The notes: generated by a model from the sequence alone, not told the origin. A stretch of 64,000 bases of DNA from a candidate division WOR-3 bacterium (GCA_023129325.1 JAGMCI010000001.1:23722-87721), one strand, 5' to 3'; positions 1-10,567 are shown, numbered from the stretch's first letter. Made by a program: numbers and translations.

Positions 1-3000
1 GGTAACTGTAATAAAGCATTTGCAATAATTGGAAAAAATAAGTGATTCCAATCTCGGTAAGCCCATTCATTGTAGTGTGTGTTCTTCTTTTGACAATGGA
101 TATATGTTTTAACAGTAGAGTGTAATAAATTCTCCATAAGACCCAATAATTTCTTATCATTCGAGAGGATAGCAATTTGATCTCCTGATGGCAATGCGTA
201 TAAGATTGATTTAAGGTAATCTGTGCCAGTATTCCATAAAATTATATCCTGAAGATTCTTTTTTCTCGCGTTCAGATTGTGCCGGATCTTGGTAATTTTC
301 GTGGACTTTTTTCCTATATATTTTAGGTATCTTTCTTGAGCTACGATCATAGCTCGTTTAACAACAACGTTGATACAAGACCAAATTATCTTAGGTAAAA
401 CTTCCCAAAGTGCTTTCAGTGAATTAAAAAGATAGGCTCTTACCTCTTCATTCCGATGATGTGCAAGGTGGATTATTGCTTTCTTCATCCTCGTGTCCCT
501 CGGAGCTTTTGATAGAAGTATAGGCAAAGCACGGGCAGATGAGCGCCTGTAACCACAAGAAAATCGTGAGACTTCATCATAAATTTGTTCAGGTGGTTCG
601 GGACGGTTTGCCGCTATCAGTAATTGCTTTCCACACCACTCTTTGTAATTGTTCTTTTCCACCCAATCCCATTGGCGCAGAACTAACGATGCAGTGAAAG
701 CAGCAATTGCATTAGCTCTTTCCTCTGAATCTTCAAGAAAATTCTTTGGCTGATATAAAGGATTATCTCTCTTAACTAATTTCTTAGCAAATTTCATTGC
801 ACTCTCAAGTGTAAAATTTGTACCTAAAATATTCTCATCTAAAAGCTTTAAAGACCAGACAAGCAGACTCGTGACTTTCTGCCTCTCCTCTATAAGTTGG
901 AGTTTCCTGCTTGTTTCCTCGAATTCAGTAGGTAATTTAAATTGAATCTGGATGTAGCTATTAACATCAGATTTTGATACTTTATAGTTTTTCCGTTCTG
1001 CTTGAGCTGCCCAAATTCGACAAGTCTCCTTTCTATATTCAACAACTGATGCATTCTTTTTTTCTTCTTCAAAGAGAAAAGGAGGATTTTCAGGAAAAGA
1101 ACACATAGCATTCTGGAGCCTTGTGGCTGCTTTTTTTGGACCTTGTAAAAGAATTGGGAGCACAAAATTCCTGATATCCAATTTTCGCTGAGACTCTTTT
1201 GCTAATTTCAGCAATATATTATAGTCGCTCTTATCTCCGCCCAGTGAGAAGTAAGTTGAGAATATATTAACAGAATTCTCTGCTGTTATGTCTTGAGTAA
1301 CACGATAAATATCCATAATCCAGAAAGCTGGATTTTCTAATATTGGAAGTATTGCCTCTCGGCATACTTTGTAGTTAGCAAGAGCAACTGAGGCACAAAC
1401 TCCAATAATTGCAACTGACGAAGAGTCTTTGAGTACTTTTTCAAAAAGTTTTAACGGATCTACTCTATTCTTAATCTGTTCATTCATCCAATACTCTAAT
1501 GCCATCAGTCCACAAGTAATTGCATCAGGTGCTACACTTGGATATCTATACCAGTGATAAACGTGTTCATCTCCATAGACTTCTATCTCATTAGAATTGA
1601 GTTTGACTATTTGAGGTATGGGATGTTTGTTCCATTCCTCTTCTTCTCTTAGGTTCCAGCAGTTTGTTGCATGGTTTATAACTTTCGTAATTAGTTTTAT
1701 TCCTTCGTCTGGATGCATTCGTAGTAGGCCAAGATAGGGTCCTTTCAGATATGTTGGTGGATTCCAACCCGTATGCCCAATTCCCAAATCCATAAATAAG
1801 GGATAGTAGCTTCCAAACCTATCAGGCTTTATCTCTTTACATAAAATTTTTTCTATAATTTCCACTGCGGTTTGCGGCAGATATTTGCAGAGGGGAATCC
1901 ATCCCTCTTTCAAAATTAGTTCTTCAAAACCATAATTATTACTATTCTTCTTTCTAAGAACTTTATCCTTTACAAACCCTTCTACTATATCAGGCAGACA
2001 ATCCGCTGCCCATAGGACAGATTTTATGAGGTTATTCCGTATATCGTCTGTCCCTATCGTATCTTTAATAAACTTTGAATCTAATAGTTCAAGACAAAGT
2101 TTTGCAATTTCTTTCCTCAGTAATTTATCACCTTCTGTATTCGTCATCCATTTTTGCGACACTTCTGAAAATTCATAGAAAGCTCTATATCCCAACTTGT
2201 TGCGATTTTTAACAACCAGTTTTATTATTGGAAACCATTGTGGCCAAACCGGCACGGTCCAATAAGCAAGATATTTCTCAAATTCTCGTTGAGGTAAATC
2301 TGGAAATATGGCATAGGCCATTGAGCTTGGTTGGACACAAATAATTCGTAAAGCATTCAAGAGTTTAGCTAGTAATAAGCACTCATTTTCAAACAAATGT
2401 TTTTCTATTTGAGATAGAATTTCTGGCAAAAGAGGTGAAAATAAAGGAGCTGTCAAAGCAGTTTGATACCACCGTGGTGAAATGCTATTGTCACTTTCCA
2501 ATGTGGTTAGAAGCCCCATCCATTCTTTTGGAGAAGAACTCACTTCTAATAACCGAGAGGCAAAGAGTCGAAAAGGGCGGACAAGATATAGCGATTCATC
2601 GAATTGTTTTAGGAACCCTATAATATTTCCTTTATTTTGAGATATTAACATAGTTAAAGTCCAATCTTCTAAAACATCATGAGCAAACTTGATATGATTA
2701 TCCTCTTGAGTCAAAAGTTTATCAGAAATTAGTCCAGATAGTGCTTCACTATCCATACTGATATCAATTGCTGAAGATCCTGTTGTCAAGAAATCCTTTC
2801 CGACAGAAATGAGTAGTTGTTCCCTTTTATCAGGATTTCCTCGCCCTGGTCGCGTACCTTCAGCCAAGTGAACAACCTCTTTCCAAAACCAGTCTAAAAG
2901 CCATGTTTCAGTAAGTATAGGTGGAAGTGACTTTAGCTGAAGCGAAATTTCTGGCAGGGTAAGAATATCCAGAACTAAGGGGCGGGAAAGCAACTCTTTC

Positions 3001-4487
3001 AGATATTCCCGTGAAGTCAAATCTTTTAACTTAGGTAGTTGATTCACCACCTCCTCTATCTCATCATCCGAGAGAGCACTGATCTCCACACGTTCTAAAG
3101 TTTTATTAACTAAATTTTGACGTGTCTCTAAGTGCAATAAAATATTTTGAGCTTCTTGGCTCCGGCAAGTGAAAACAATCTTCCAATGATATTCTTTATG
3201 TCCTCCACTTTTAGCGACTTTTTCATTATATCTTTGCACTTCAAGGATAAGATCATTCAGAACTCTTCTCTTATTCTCATTAAGAGCTCGTTCTAAACCG
3301 TCAATGAGAATGCACCGGAGTGGAGCTGTTCCTATTGCTCCCAGAATCGTTTGGAAGCTACTTTTAATCTGTAGACCGGATAGAAAATTTTCTAAACCTG
3401 AGCCAAATAATCGTTCAACAGAGATTGCCATTATTTTTCCTTCACCTCTCAATCGATTTGCTAATAGTCGCAATAAGGCTGACTTCCCCGTCATGGGTTC
3501 TCCAATTAAGACGATTATTTCATATTTTTTAATTGCTTCAGTAACTTTATCGAGCAATTCCGTTCTTGGTAACTGTACTTTATTTCCAATTTTAATATTA
3601 ATTGAATTTAAAACTCTATCGGTGTGCTCTCTGAGACGATTGAGGTCTGGGATGTAATTAACTTGTTCTTTAAGTGCAATAGTAACTGGTAATTTTCCTT
3701 TTAGAATGTCTCTCGTAATGCACCCAGCCGAACGAGCATATTCGGAGACAATTGAAGTAAGGGAGCTAAATAGAAGTTTTGCTTGACTGGTATCTTTTAC
3801 CTTTAATTGGTTAAGTAATTGGTTCCAACAATAAGTGGCATCACGGCTACCAGGACTTTCCAGATCGAAGTGCAGAACTACTAAACATTTTAAAAATTTC
3901 CACAACTCATCATCGGTAATATTCTTTCCTGCCGATTTATTGAGTAGATTCCGAATTATAGTTAAATATTCCTGCTTTTCGTGAGACGAGAATTTTGAAA
4001 GATTTACTTTTCTTATAAACTCAGCGGAATTCTTTGAAGTTCTTGCCCATTCTAATAGTGATTTAAAATGTTTATCAAGTTTACTTTGGTAAGTACCAAT
4101 ACCGATTCCAATCCTATCGGCGTCAGGATTAAACTGCCACCCAAGAGAACCACTGAAAGTTTTCCAACAATCGTCAATTACTCTTGCAAAAGTGGTATTG
4201 GTGGAAGTATCTGAAAATACTAAATCTTTTTTAACCTGCAATGCTAGTTTTCTTTCTTCGCTACCATTTGTGCTGGTAATGACTATATCATCAAGAAGAC
4301 ATCCAGACCAACGGTGTTGAAGTTTAATCTCTTTTGTAACTCCTGAATCAAGTCCCCGTGGAGCCTCACTTGCTAAAAGTGATACCAAATAGTAAGTTCC
4401 CACTAGTTGCTCAAATGTAGTTCCTCCACCCCCTGTAGAGAATGGGTTTGATAATCCTGAATCTATTATAGGGCTATTTGAAGACAT
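1..4487 (-). CDS. Large STAND-type P-loop NTPase, partial (C-terminus beyond left edge, >=1495 aa): N-terminal PD-(D/E)xK-like module, central Walker A/B NTPase, C-terminal HEAT/ARM-like helical repeats
   Basis: Absent from the ORF track because it has no stop in the window. My reverse-strand read from ATG 4487-4485 (GGAG about 13 nt upstream) stays open in one frame to base 1. Walker A GEPMTGKS (~3481-3504), Walker B CILIDGLE (~3292-3316). N-terminus GGGGTTFE...LDDIVI...LALQVKKD; C-terminus has HHRNEEVRAYL-type repeats. Confidence 0.7.
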   Translation of the reverse strand, partial: MSSNSPIIDSGLSNPFSTGGGGTTFEQLVGTYYLVSLLASEAPRGLDSGVTKEIKLQHRWSGCLLDDIVITSTNGSEERKLALQVKKDLVFSDTSTNTTFARVIDDCWKTFSGSLGWQFNPDADRIGIGIGTYQSKLDKHFKSLLEWARTSKNSAEFIRKVNLSKFSSHEKQEYLTIIRNLLNKSAGKNITDDELWKFLKCLVVLHFDLESPGSRDATYCWNQLLNQLKVKDTSQAKLLFSSLTSIVSEYARSAGCITRDILKGKLPVTIALKEQVNYIPDLNRLREHTDRVLNSINIKIGNKVQLPRTELLDKVTEAIKKYEIIVLIGEPMTGKSALLRLLANRLRGEGKIMAISVERLFGSGLENFLSGLQIKSSFQTILGAIGTAPLRCILIDGLERALNENKRRVLNDLILEVQRYNEKVAKSGGHKEYHWKIVFTCRSQEAQNILLHLETRQNLVNKTLERVEISALSDDEIEEVVNQLPKLKDLTSREYLKELLSRPLVLDILTLPEISLQLKSLPPILTETWLLDWFWKEVVHLAEGTRPGRGNPDKREQLLISVGKDFLTTGSSAIDISMDSEALSGLISDKLLTQEDNHIKFAHDVLEDWTLTMLISQNKGNIIGFLKQFDESLYLVRPFRLFASRLLEVSSSPKEWMGLLTTLESDNSISPRWYQTALTAPLFSPLLPEILSQIEKHLFENECLLLAKLLNALRIICVQPSSMAYAIFPDLPQREFEKYLAYWTVPVWPQWFPIIKLVVKNRNKLGYRAFYEFSEVSQKWMTNTEGDKLLRKEIAKLCLELLDSKFIKDTIGTDDIRNNLIKSVLWAADCLPDIVEGFVKDKVLRKKNSNNYGFEELILKEGWIPLCKYLPQTAVEIIEKILCKEIKPDRFGSYYPLFMDLGIGHTGWNPPTYLKGPYLGLLRMHPDEGIKLITKVINHATNCWNLREEEEWNKHPIPQIVKLNSNEIEVYGDEHVYHWYRYPSVAPDAITCGLMALEYWMNEQIKNRVDPLKLFEKVLKDSSSVAIIGVCASVALANYKVCREAILPILENPAFWIMDIYRVTQDITAENSVNIFSTYFSLGGDKSDYNILLKLAKESQRKLDIRNFVLPILLQGPKKAATRLQNAMCSFPENPPFLFEEEKKNASVVEYRKETCRIWAAQAERKNYKVSKSDVNSYIQIQFKLPTEFEETSRKLQLIEERQKVTSLLVWSLKLLDENILGTNFTLESAMKFAKKLVKRDNPLYQPKNFLEDSEERANAIAAFTASLVLRQWDWVEKNNYKEWCGKQLLIAANRPEPPEQIYDEVSRFSCGYRRSSARALPILLSKAPRDTRMKKAIIHLAHHRNEEVRAYLFNSLKALWEVLPKIIWSCINVVVKRAMIVAQERYLKYIGKKSTKITKIRHNLNARKKNLQDIILWNTGTDYLKSILYALPSGDQIAILSNDKKLLGLMENLLHSTVKTYIHCQKKNTHYNEWAYRDWNHLFFPIIANALLQL

Positions 4488-4596
4488 ACGATTTTTCTAA
4501 CTCCTTTTTAATTTTTTAAATTTTACTCCAAAAGGCTTGTGATGTCAAGTAAAAATGCGATTGGATAAGCAATCTTTAATGTAGCTTTTATTAAGA

Positions 4597-4628
4597 ATAT
4601 AAAAAGAGAGTGGAATTAACCACTCTCT
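4597..4628 (-). terminator. Rho-independent terminator after the Cas4-like gene
   Basis: Stem agagagtgg/ccactctct (4605-4613 / 4620-4628) with a 6-nt loop. The A-run 4598-4604 on the plus strand gives a U-run on the minus strand. Confidence 0.5.
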
Positions 4629-4642
4629 TGACTTAAAAAGAA

Positions 4643-5413
4643 CTATCCCTTCCACTCTTTGCATATATCAGCATACTCACAGTCGTTACACATCCAACTC
4701 GGATTTGGGAAGAAAATTCCTTCCTTTATTCCTCTCAAGACCTGGACACTAAGATTAAAGAACCATAAATGGTCTTTTCTTGTCCTCTGTGCCTCTATCC
4801 GCTCTATCTTGGGCTTGCGGTTCTTGACTAAGTTATCTATCCTCAATTTAGGTTCCCGCTGATAGATTACCCAGTAAGCATAAGAGTAAGCAGTTAGCTG
4901 TAAGTTCCGTTCCACATCGCTTCCATTTAACGCTCTGATTGAAGTCTTAAAATCAACAATCGTCTCACCATTTTTACCGTCCTCAATCAAGTCTATTATC
5001 CCTCTTAAAGGAACATCCAGAGTCTCTGATGTCTTAGCATTGATTAAAGGAACCTCAAATGGCATCTCTGTGGATTTTACCTTGATTCCAGAAGAATTCT
5101 TAAAATACAGGCTCAGTAGATTCTTACCCATAGCCAGAAGGTTTTCCTCTTTCTCTCCATTTCTATAATGGATATTATCCAGTTTCTGTGCTGACCAATC
5201 AATCTGGAATATATGCCAGAGTTCCTCTAACTTCGGTCTTTTTCCTGCAAGTAATTTCTTGTGTAACCATTCAAGACTTGAATGAATCACCGACCCAAAA
5301 GCAAGTCCGGAGGGCTTAAAAGACACGGGAATCTGGTCTATGTAGTAAAAGCGGTATTTGAGAGGACAGTGGAGATAGGACTGAATCTGGCTGGTGCTAA
5401 TATGGTCTATCAT
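4643..5413 (-). CDS. PD-(D/E)XK nuclease, Cas4/RecB-exonuclease-like with a 4-Cys cluster
   Basis: N-terminal SQIQSYLHCPLKYRFYY; IIDLIED...IVDFKTS (D...DxK); QLTAYSYAY; C-terminal CNDCEYADIC. With Cys16 this gives the Cas4-type C...CxxC...C pattern. Confidence 0.65.
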   Translation of the reverse strand: MIDHISTSQIQSYLHCPLKYRFYYIDQIPVSFKPSGLAFGSVIHSSLEWLHKKLLAGKRPKLEELWHIFQIDWSAQKLDNIHYRNGEKEENLLAMGKNLLSLYFKNSSGIKVKSTEMPFEVPLINAKTSETLDVPLRGIIDLIEDGKNGETIVDFKTSIRALNGSDVERNLQLTAYSYAYWVIYQREPKLRIDNLVKNRKPKIERIEAQRTRKDHLWFFNLSVQVLRGIKEGIFFPNPSWMCNDCEYADICKEWKG

Positions 5414-5414
5414 C

Positions 5415-5717
5415 TTAGCCCCCTTCTTTGAGGCCTTCGATTATCTCGCTTGCCCTTCGCTTTCCGAGCTTCTTCAGGTCCAGGACTTCGTAGTTCTCCT
5501 GCAGGTACTCTGCAACTTCCTGCTCTCCTTCTATACCCTTGTCTCCGAGAAGCCTGAAAATGAATCTCCGCTGGGCATCTGTCATCTTGGGTTCATCTGA
5601 CTCAGAATCCTCTGTGCCACCCTGACCAGTTGCAAGCCTGACTGGAATCTTGAGCAGATGTGTAGGACCTCCCTCTTTATGGGGTAGCTCTACAAGCTCT
5701 ATCAAATCTTTAAACAT
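5415..5717 (-). CDS. Hypothetical protein, translationally adjacent to the Cas4-like gene
   Basis: 100-aa ORF whose stop lies 1 nt from the downstream gene start. No motif recognised. Confidence 0.4.
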   Translation of the reverse strand: MFKDLIELVELPHKEGGPTHLLKIPVRLATGQGGTEDSESDEPKMTDAQRRFIFRLLGDKGIEGEQEVAEYLQENYEVLDLKKLGKRRASEIIEGLKEGG

Positions 5718-5843
5718 GAGACACCTCCTTTTCTTTCAATGAACACGGGGGAATACTATCATCCTGGATATAGGAAACAAGGGGGGAGATTTTAAATGAT
5801 GAACACAGTGATTATTTTATAGACGAAACTATGCTCTATACTC

Positions 5844-6632
5844 TCATCGCAACAATGTAGTGAGCCGGTTCAGTTCTTGGGCACTTACTTTCCATAATTC
5901 CATTAAGTTATAAAGCGTAGCGCCTGCACCTTGAACATTCATCTTGGCAGGTCTTACATCCTTCAAGCCAAGTAAAGCTTCACCTGAACAATTTACCATA
6001 CCTCGCGAGTAAAGATTGTAGATTTCTTGTAACAATACGCCTATGGTTGCATCAATATTTCCAGTTCCACGGTAATCCTCTTGTCTAAGACCAAATTTGC
6101 CTTTATGTGCGAAAAGGGCTAAAAGGCACATTTGTCGATACGAGATGTCTTCACCTAATCTTATCAAGAGATTTGCCTGTGCCCTATCGATCTCAGGATG
6201 AAAGGATATATTAGCCACAAGATTACCGTAAAACTGCAGCTTCTTTTCTTGGTGTTCTCTTTGTGCAGCAAGCAACACTCCTTCTAATATCTCTTCAGCC
6301 GAAGCACGCTCATTGAGTTGCTCTCGGAAAAAGTCGTCTTGGCGAACTTGCTGACCATTTGCTATATTTTCCTGAATCTTTTCAGCTGCAAATGCAATGG
6401 TAGCTCCAATTCTTACTTCTTCTCGTTTTCCCAAGAATCGATGCTTGATTTCTTTAGCCAAGCGGCGAAATGTATGTGCTAACAGAGGGCCACTTATTCC
6501 ACCAAGAACTGCTCCCCCGGGCCCAGCGGTGAAGAATCCAACAGATGCACCTGCTACACCTCCTGCAATATCTGACCCCACTGTAACCAAGTCGTCTATG
6601 GATTCTGATTTGTTGTTTTTAGGATTAGCCAT
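5844..6632 (-). CDS. Hypothetical protein with an N-terminal glycine-zipper segment
   Basis: 262-aa ORF with GGVAGASVGFFTAGPGGAVLGGISGPLL near the N-terminus and a helical remainder. No family recognised. Confidence 0.45.
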   Translation of the reverse strand: MANPKNNKSESIDDLVTVGSDIAGGVAGASVGFFTAGPGGAVLGGISGPLLAHTFRRLAKEIKHRFLGKREEVRIGATIAFAAEKIQENIANGQQVRQDDFFREQLNERASAEEILEGVLLAAQREHQEKKLQFYGNLVANISFHPEIDRAQANLLIRLGEDISYRQMCLLALFAHKGKFGLRQEDYRGTGNIDATIGVLLQEIYNLYSRGMVNCSGEALLGLKDVRPAKMNVQGAGATLYNLMELWKVSAQELNRLTTLLR

Positions 6633-6803
6633 ATTTCTCCTTCCTCCGTGGGTTCTACCAATAATAATCTCTTGTTCGTTGTCATTCTTAATAAATTATA
6701 TCTCATTTTTATTTGTAGTCAACTAATTTTTCCCCTCTTTTTTGTTTTTATAGGCTCTGTATAGTGAAGCCAAATTGTTCTTTTTAACTTGAAAGGGGGG
6801 AAC

Positions 6804-7046
6804 ATGAAACCTGAATCAGTAAAACATTCTCTGCGAAGTCCCTCAAGCTTCATTGTGGTGGTTTTAAAATCTCTAAGGCACCGTGCTTGTATACGGTGTG
6901 GAGAACCCATCAACTCACTTGAGGAGTCCTTTGAGCACTGGGAGAAAAACTGGGATGGAACATATGAGTATAAGCCAAGAAAAAAGAAGGAGAGATTTGA
7001 AAATGAAATTCAGTTAAGGTTAGAGTTTAAAAAGGAGGAACGATGA
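6804..7046 (+). CDS. Small hypothetical protein, first gene of the HerA/MoxR/vWA operon
   Basis: ATG at 6804 preceded by gaaagggggg. The stop overlaps the next start (ATGA at 7043). Contains CIRCGEP. Confidence 0.4.
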   Translation: MKPESVKHSLRSPSSFIVVVLKSLRHRACIRCGEPINSLEESFEHWEKNWDGTYEYKPRKKKERFENEIQLRLEFKKEER

Positions 7047-8539
7047 AACCGATTGCTTTAACCATAGGCACAGATGGAGAGCATATCTTTGCCAGAGGAG
7101 ATAAGTTTGCAGAAAAAAGTAGTGAGATTCAGATTTTGGATTTTGTTAAGGTCAAAAATACGATTGGCAGAATAGTTAGACTTCACGATGCTCATGACTT
7201 TAACACTGAGAATGCAGTTTCCAGGATAGCCAAGAACTGCTTGAAAAACGGAACTAAACCAGAGCCACGGATACAGGAAATGGTCTATAAGAAACTTGAG
7301 ATTGAGCCATTGGGAACAGTTTATCCAAGTGGGGAACTGACAGAATATGAAGGTGGAATTGGATATTTTGAGCCTGTTTATCATGCAAAGGAAGAAGAAA
7401 TTGCCAAGCTCTATCCGAGTCCTAATCCAGGGCTTACTATTGGTCATATAGCCTCTGGCTATAAAGTAACTAATGTTCCTTTTAAGCTTGGGCTTGATAC
7501 TGCACTTTCACGGCATTTGGTTGTATTTGGTAAGAATGGAACAGGGAAGACTAATTTCCTGAAAGAGATTATTTCTGCTAATTTGGAACTTGAGATTCCT
7601 GTTCCCATGCTTGTCTTTGGACATCCAGATTTGGGAATAGATAATCCAAACGATAAGGGAACAAAAGGGTTGAGCTCACTAAATTCAGATAAGATAACTC
7701 TTTTTGGCTATGATAAGCGGATTCTGATTTCATCAGAGGAGATTTCCTTGTCAGACATTTTTGACCAGTTTGAGACTTCAACGAGTATGCGAGATTTGTG
7801 GGCTTATATGAAGGCAAGAGAGCCAAGAAAGTTCATTCAGATATTGGCAAGATATGACCTGAATGCTGACCCTTATAGGCTACGCCGAAAGACTATTCCT
7901 GACCCACAAAAGAAAAAAAAGACTATTACAATGGGGATTGCGAGCATGCCTACTATTGATGCAGTCAGTAAGCAGGCAAGGATACTGGCTAACTATGTTG
8001 ATGCTGATGCACCACCCTTGATTGGACAGATACTACTCGAATTGAAAAGAGGCAAGACAGTTTTGGTGAATACTTTCAATATGTCTGAATACTATCAGGG
8101 TCTATTTGTAAAGCTTTTGCTTTCACGGCTTCAAAGGTCAGGAAAGCATGCTCTGCACCGCAATGTAGGACAGCGATACTTTGTAGTCATTGATGAAGCC
8201 CAGCACTTTATTAAGACAACAGGTGAAAAGATTGCTGAATTTGTCATGGAGTGCAGGAAATTTGGGGTAACCTTACTTCTTTCTACTCAGTCACCAGCCA
8301 GTGTTCCATCATCAGTTTATGGACAGATATACTCTACGGTTGCTTTTCATCTGAATAGACCAGACTTAAAAGTTTTAGTTGAGAATGCACCTTTACTTGA
8401 AGATTGCAAAACAATAATCTTAAGACCACCCTTACGCAGAACCTTAGGTTTAGCCATTGTTCAGGCTTTGGGTTATCCTTATCCAGCAGTGATAAAGGTG
8501 CCGAAGTTTGAGCGTAGATTTGAAAAGCCTTCCGTCTAA
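7043..8539 (+). CDS. HerA/FtsK-like (DUF87-type) P-loop ATPase
   Basis: Walker A VVFGKNGTGKTN, Walker B YFVVIDEAQHF, then GVTLLLSTQSPASV. The N-terminal barrel-like segment (ILDFVKVKNTIGRIVRL) is typical of a HerA HAS-barrel. Confidence 0.7.
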   Translation: MKPIALTIGTDGEHIFARGDKFAEKSSEIQILDFVKVKNTIGRIVRLHDAHDFNTENAVSRIAKNCLKNGTKPEPRIQEMVYKKLEIEPLGTVYPSGELTEYEGGIGYFEPVYHAKEEEIAKLYPSPNPGLTIGHIASGYKVTNVPFKLGLDTALSRHLVVFGKNGTGKTNFLKEIISANLELEIPVPMLVFGHPDLGIDNPNDKGTKGLSSLNSDKITLFGYDKRILISSEEISLSDIFDQFETSTSMRDLWAYMKAREPRKFIQILARYDLNADPYRLRRKTIPDPQKKKKTITMGIASMPTIDAVSKQARILANYVDADAPPLIGQILLELKRGKTVLVNTFNMSEYYQGLFVKLLLSRLQRSGKHALHRNVGQRYFVVIDEAQHFIKTTGEKIAEFVMECRKFGVTLLLSTQSPASVPSSVYGQIYSTVAFHLNRPDLKVLVENAPLLEDCKTIILRPPLRRTLGLAIVQALGYPYPAVIKVPKFERRFEKPSV

Positions 8540-8568
8540 AAACGGAAGGCTCTATTTTAGGAGGAAAA

Positions 8569-9969
8569 ATGAAAGAAGAAGAACTATTACAGATAGTTAT
8601 TCCTGAAGCACAGGTAAAAGTCAACTTTCCAAACACAAGTGGTATGACTGGTAAGGTAAGTTATGCTCTGAAAAAGGATACCCAGGGTCTCTGGCATTTA
8701 GCTGGCGAACTTGTTATGGATAACGATATTATTAAAGATAAGGTTTTGATTGAGTCTGAAGAGATTATGGACATTTTGCAAGATGCTCTATCAGTAGACC
8801 AATATTGTCAGGATGAGGACTTTCAAAAGCACCAGAGAGAGCTTGCTTTAAGACTTGCCCTCCAAATGTGGGGTAAAAAGGGAATACACCTTAAAAGTAA
8901 TTCAGTAGAGATAGAGCTTGAGCCATACATCTTGCAACAGCACACAGTGAGTAAAAACGAAGCCAATCTGCTTAAGCTTCTTTTTGAAGAAGTTCAGAAA
9001 AAGATAAGAAAAGTGAAGATACCCGATTACCTTAAAGTTAAGGCACATGAGAACTTTATTCCTGACAAACTTCTTCTGGAAAGTCTATTACAACGAATCT
9101 ATGAGAATGTACCAGCAATTGCTATCCTGGGACCCACTGGAAGTGGTAAATCAGCTATGGCTTGGTATGTAGGAGCAAGACTTAATCAGGAAGGTTTTGG
9201 AATTTATACGATTGATGGACATGCAAGACTTGAAGGAGATAGACTTTTTGAGAGAGATGATTTTGACCAGAAAGGGACTTTTATTCTGGAGGGCATTCTG
9301 CTTAGGTTAGCTCGGGAGACAAAGAGGCTTAGAATTAGATTATTAGTGATTTTAGAAGAATACAATGCCTTTTCTGATGAGACGAGAAGAGAGTTTTACA
9401 GACTGTTTTCAGATGAGAACCGAGTTTATCAGATTCAGAGTTCTAAATCCAGAGAAAGCCAAGAGATTGATTTCTCCCATGTCCAGTTTCTCTTGACAGG
9501 TAATCCTTTATCCAGTGATAGATACCTAACAGATGACTTACGCAGACTCTCTAATGCTGAAACTCGGAGGTTGGTGATTCTTTATCAGGATTATGCTCAA
9601 GAGCCAGCAACAGTCCAGAAGATTTTGCAAGCGATAGTTAGTAAAAAGGAAGCTTATGAGAAGCTCAAAGCTAAAGTGTCTGACTTGGACAAACGAATAA
9701 ACTGGAAACTTGGAGTAGACATATTCAAGGCTCTAAATTCAAGAAAAGATGGAGACTCACTTGGCTTTGATGTTGGATATTCTGCTGTAGCTGATATGCT
9801 CTGGACAGCCACTTTGAGGGCTCATCAGTCAAAAAGGTTTGAGATTGCTATAACAGAACATATTTTGAATGGGATACCAGATGTAAACATAAGGCAGTTA
9901 GCAGTGGATAGGATAAGACAAGCAGCGAATATTGCTATATCTGGCGAGGTTATTACCAGAGATACATAG
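8569..9969 (+). CDS. AAA+ ATPase of the AAA_5 type (MoxR/NorQ/CbbQ-like)
   Basis: Walker A AILGPTGSGKSAMA, Walker B LLVILEEYNAF, sensor region FLLTGNP. GGAGG RBS. Confidence 0.65.
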   Translation: MKEEELLQIVIPEAQVKVNFPNTSGMTGKVSYALKKDTQGLWHLAGELVMDNDIIKDKVLIESEEIMDILQDALSVDQYCQDEDFQKHQRELALRLALQMWGKKGIHLKSNSVEIELEPYILQQHTVSKNEANLLKLLFEEVQKKIRKVKIPDYLKVKAHENFIPDKLLLESLLQRIYENVPAIAILGPTGSGKSAMAWYVGARLNQEGFGIYTIDGHARLEGDRLFERDDFDQKGTFILEGILLRLARETKRLRIRLLVILEEYNAFSDETRREFYRLFSDENRVYQIQSSKSRESQEIDFSHVQFLLTGNPLSSDRYLTDDLRRLSNAETRRLVILYQDYAQEPATVQKILQAIVSKKEAYEKLKAKVSDLDKRINWKLGVDIFKALNSRKDGDSLGFDVGYSAVADMLWTATLRAHQSKRFEIAITEHILNGIPDVNIRQLAVDRIRQAANIAISGEVITRDT

Positions 9970-9978
9970 GAGGCCGAA

Positions 9979-10428
9979 ATGAAAGAGATTTTTGGAGACT
10001 TATTTGAACAGAAAGATGCAGATGTCATCTGTATCACTACTAACGGCTTCGTTAAAAGAGATGGCTCTTGTGTGGTGGGTAGAGGTTGTGCAAAAGAAGC
10101 TGACAGAAGATGGAATTGTAGCAAGACCTTAGGTGAGTTAATCAGACATTGGGAAAATATTCCTGTGATATTTTATAGAACAAACGATTACACGGTAGTC
10201 AGTTTTCCCGTAAAACATAATTGGTGGGAAAAGGCAGACCTTGATTTAATTAGAAAATCGGCAAATCTTTTGGTAGGGTTAGCAGATTTCTACGACTGGA
10301 AGAAAGTAGTGCTTCCCAGACCAGGATGTGGAAACGGGAGGCTGGATTGGAAGGATGTTAAGCCTGTTTTGGAGCCTATTTTGGATGATAGATTTTATGT
10401 CATAACTAACAAGAAAGGATGCGAGTGA
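9979..10428 (+). CDS. Macro-domain-like protein (ADP-ribose binding/processing fold)
   Basis: GDLFE..DADVICITTNGFVKRDGSCVVGRGCA and LPRPGCGNGRLDWKDV match the macro-domain glycine-rich loops by eye. Confidence 0.5.
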   Translation: MKEIFGDLFEQKDADVICITTNGFVKRDGSCVVGRGCAKEADRRWNCSKTLGELIRHWENIPVIFYRTNDYTVVSFPVKHNWWEKADLDLIRKSANLLVGLADFYDWKKVVLPRPGCGNGRLDWKDVKPVLEPILDDRFYVITNKKGCE

Positions 10429-10567
10429 TGTTCGTGGTTTGGTTTGCAAAGGGGACAGAGGACTATCGTTGAAAGAGACGATAGGCAAAGACGGTGATTG
10501 TCTTAATCGGGGGGAGCCCAGCAGACCAAGCTGTGAAGATGAATGAAGAGAATAGGAGGTAAGAGAA

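Noticed and set aside
7058-7447. Antisense or overlapping ORFs in the track: 7058-7447, 10279-10764, 12346-12714, 31020-31424, 45852-46295, 55025-55429, 62896-63207
   Set aside because: They lie entirely inside longer ORFs that carry clear family motifs and RBSs on the other strand. Their low-complexity Ser/Leu/Phe-rich composition is typical of shadow frames in AT-rich, Lys/Glu-rich coding DNA.
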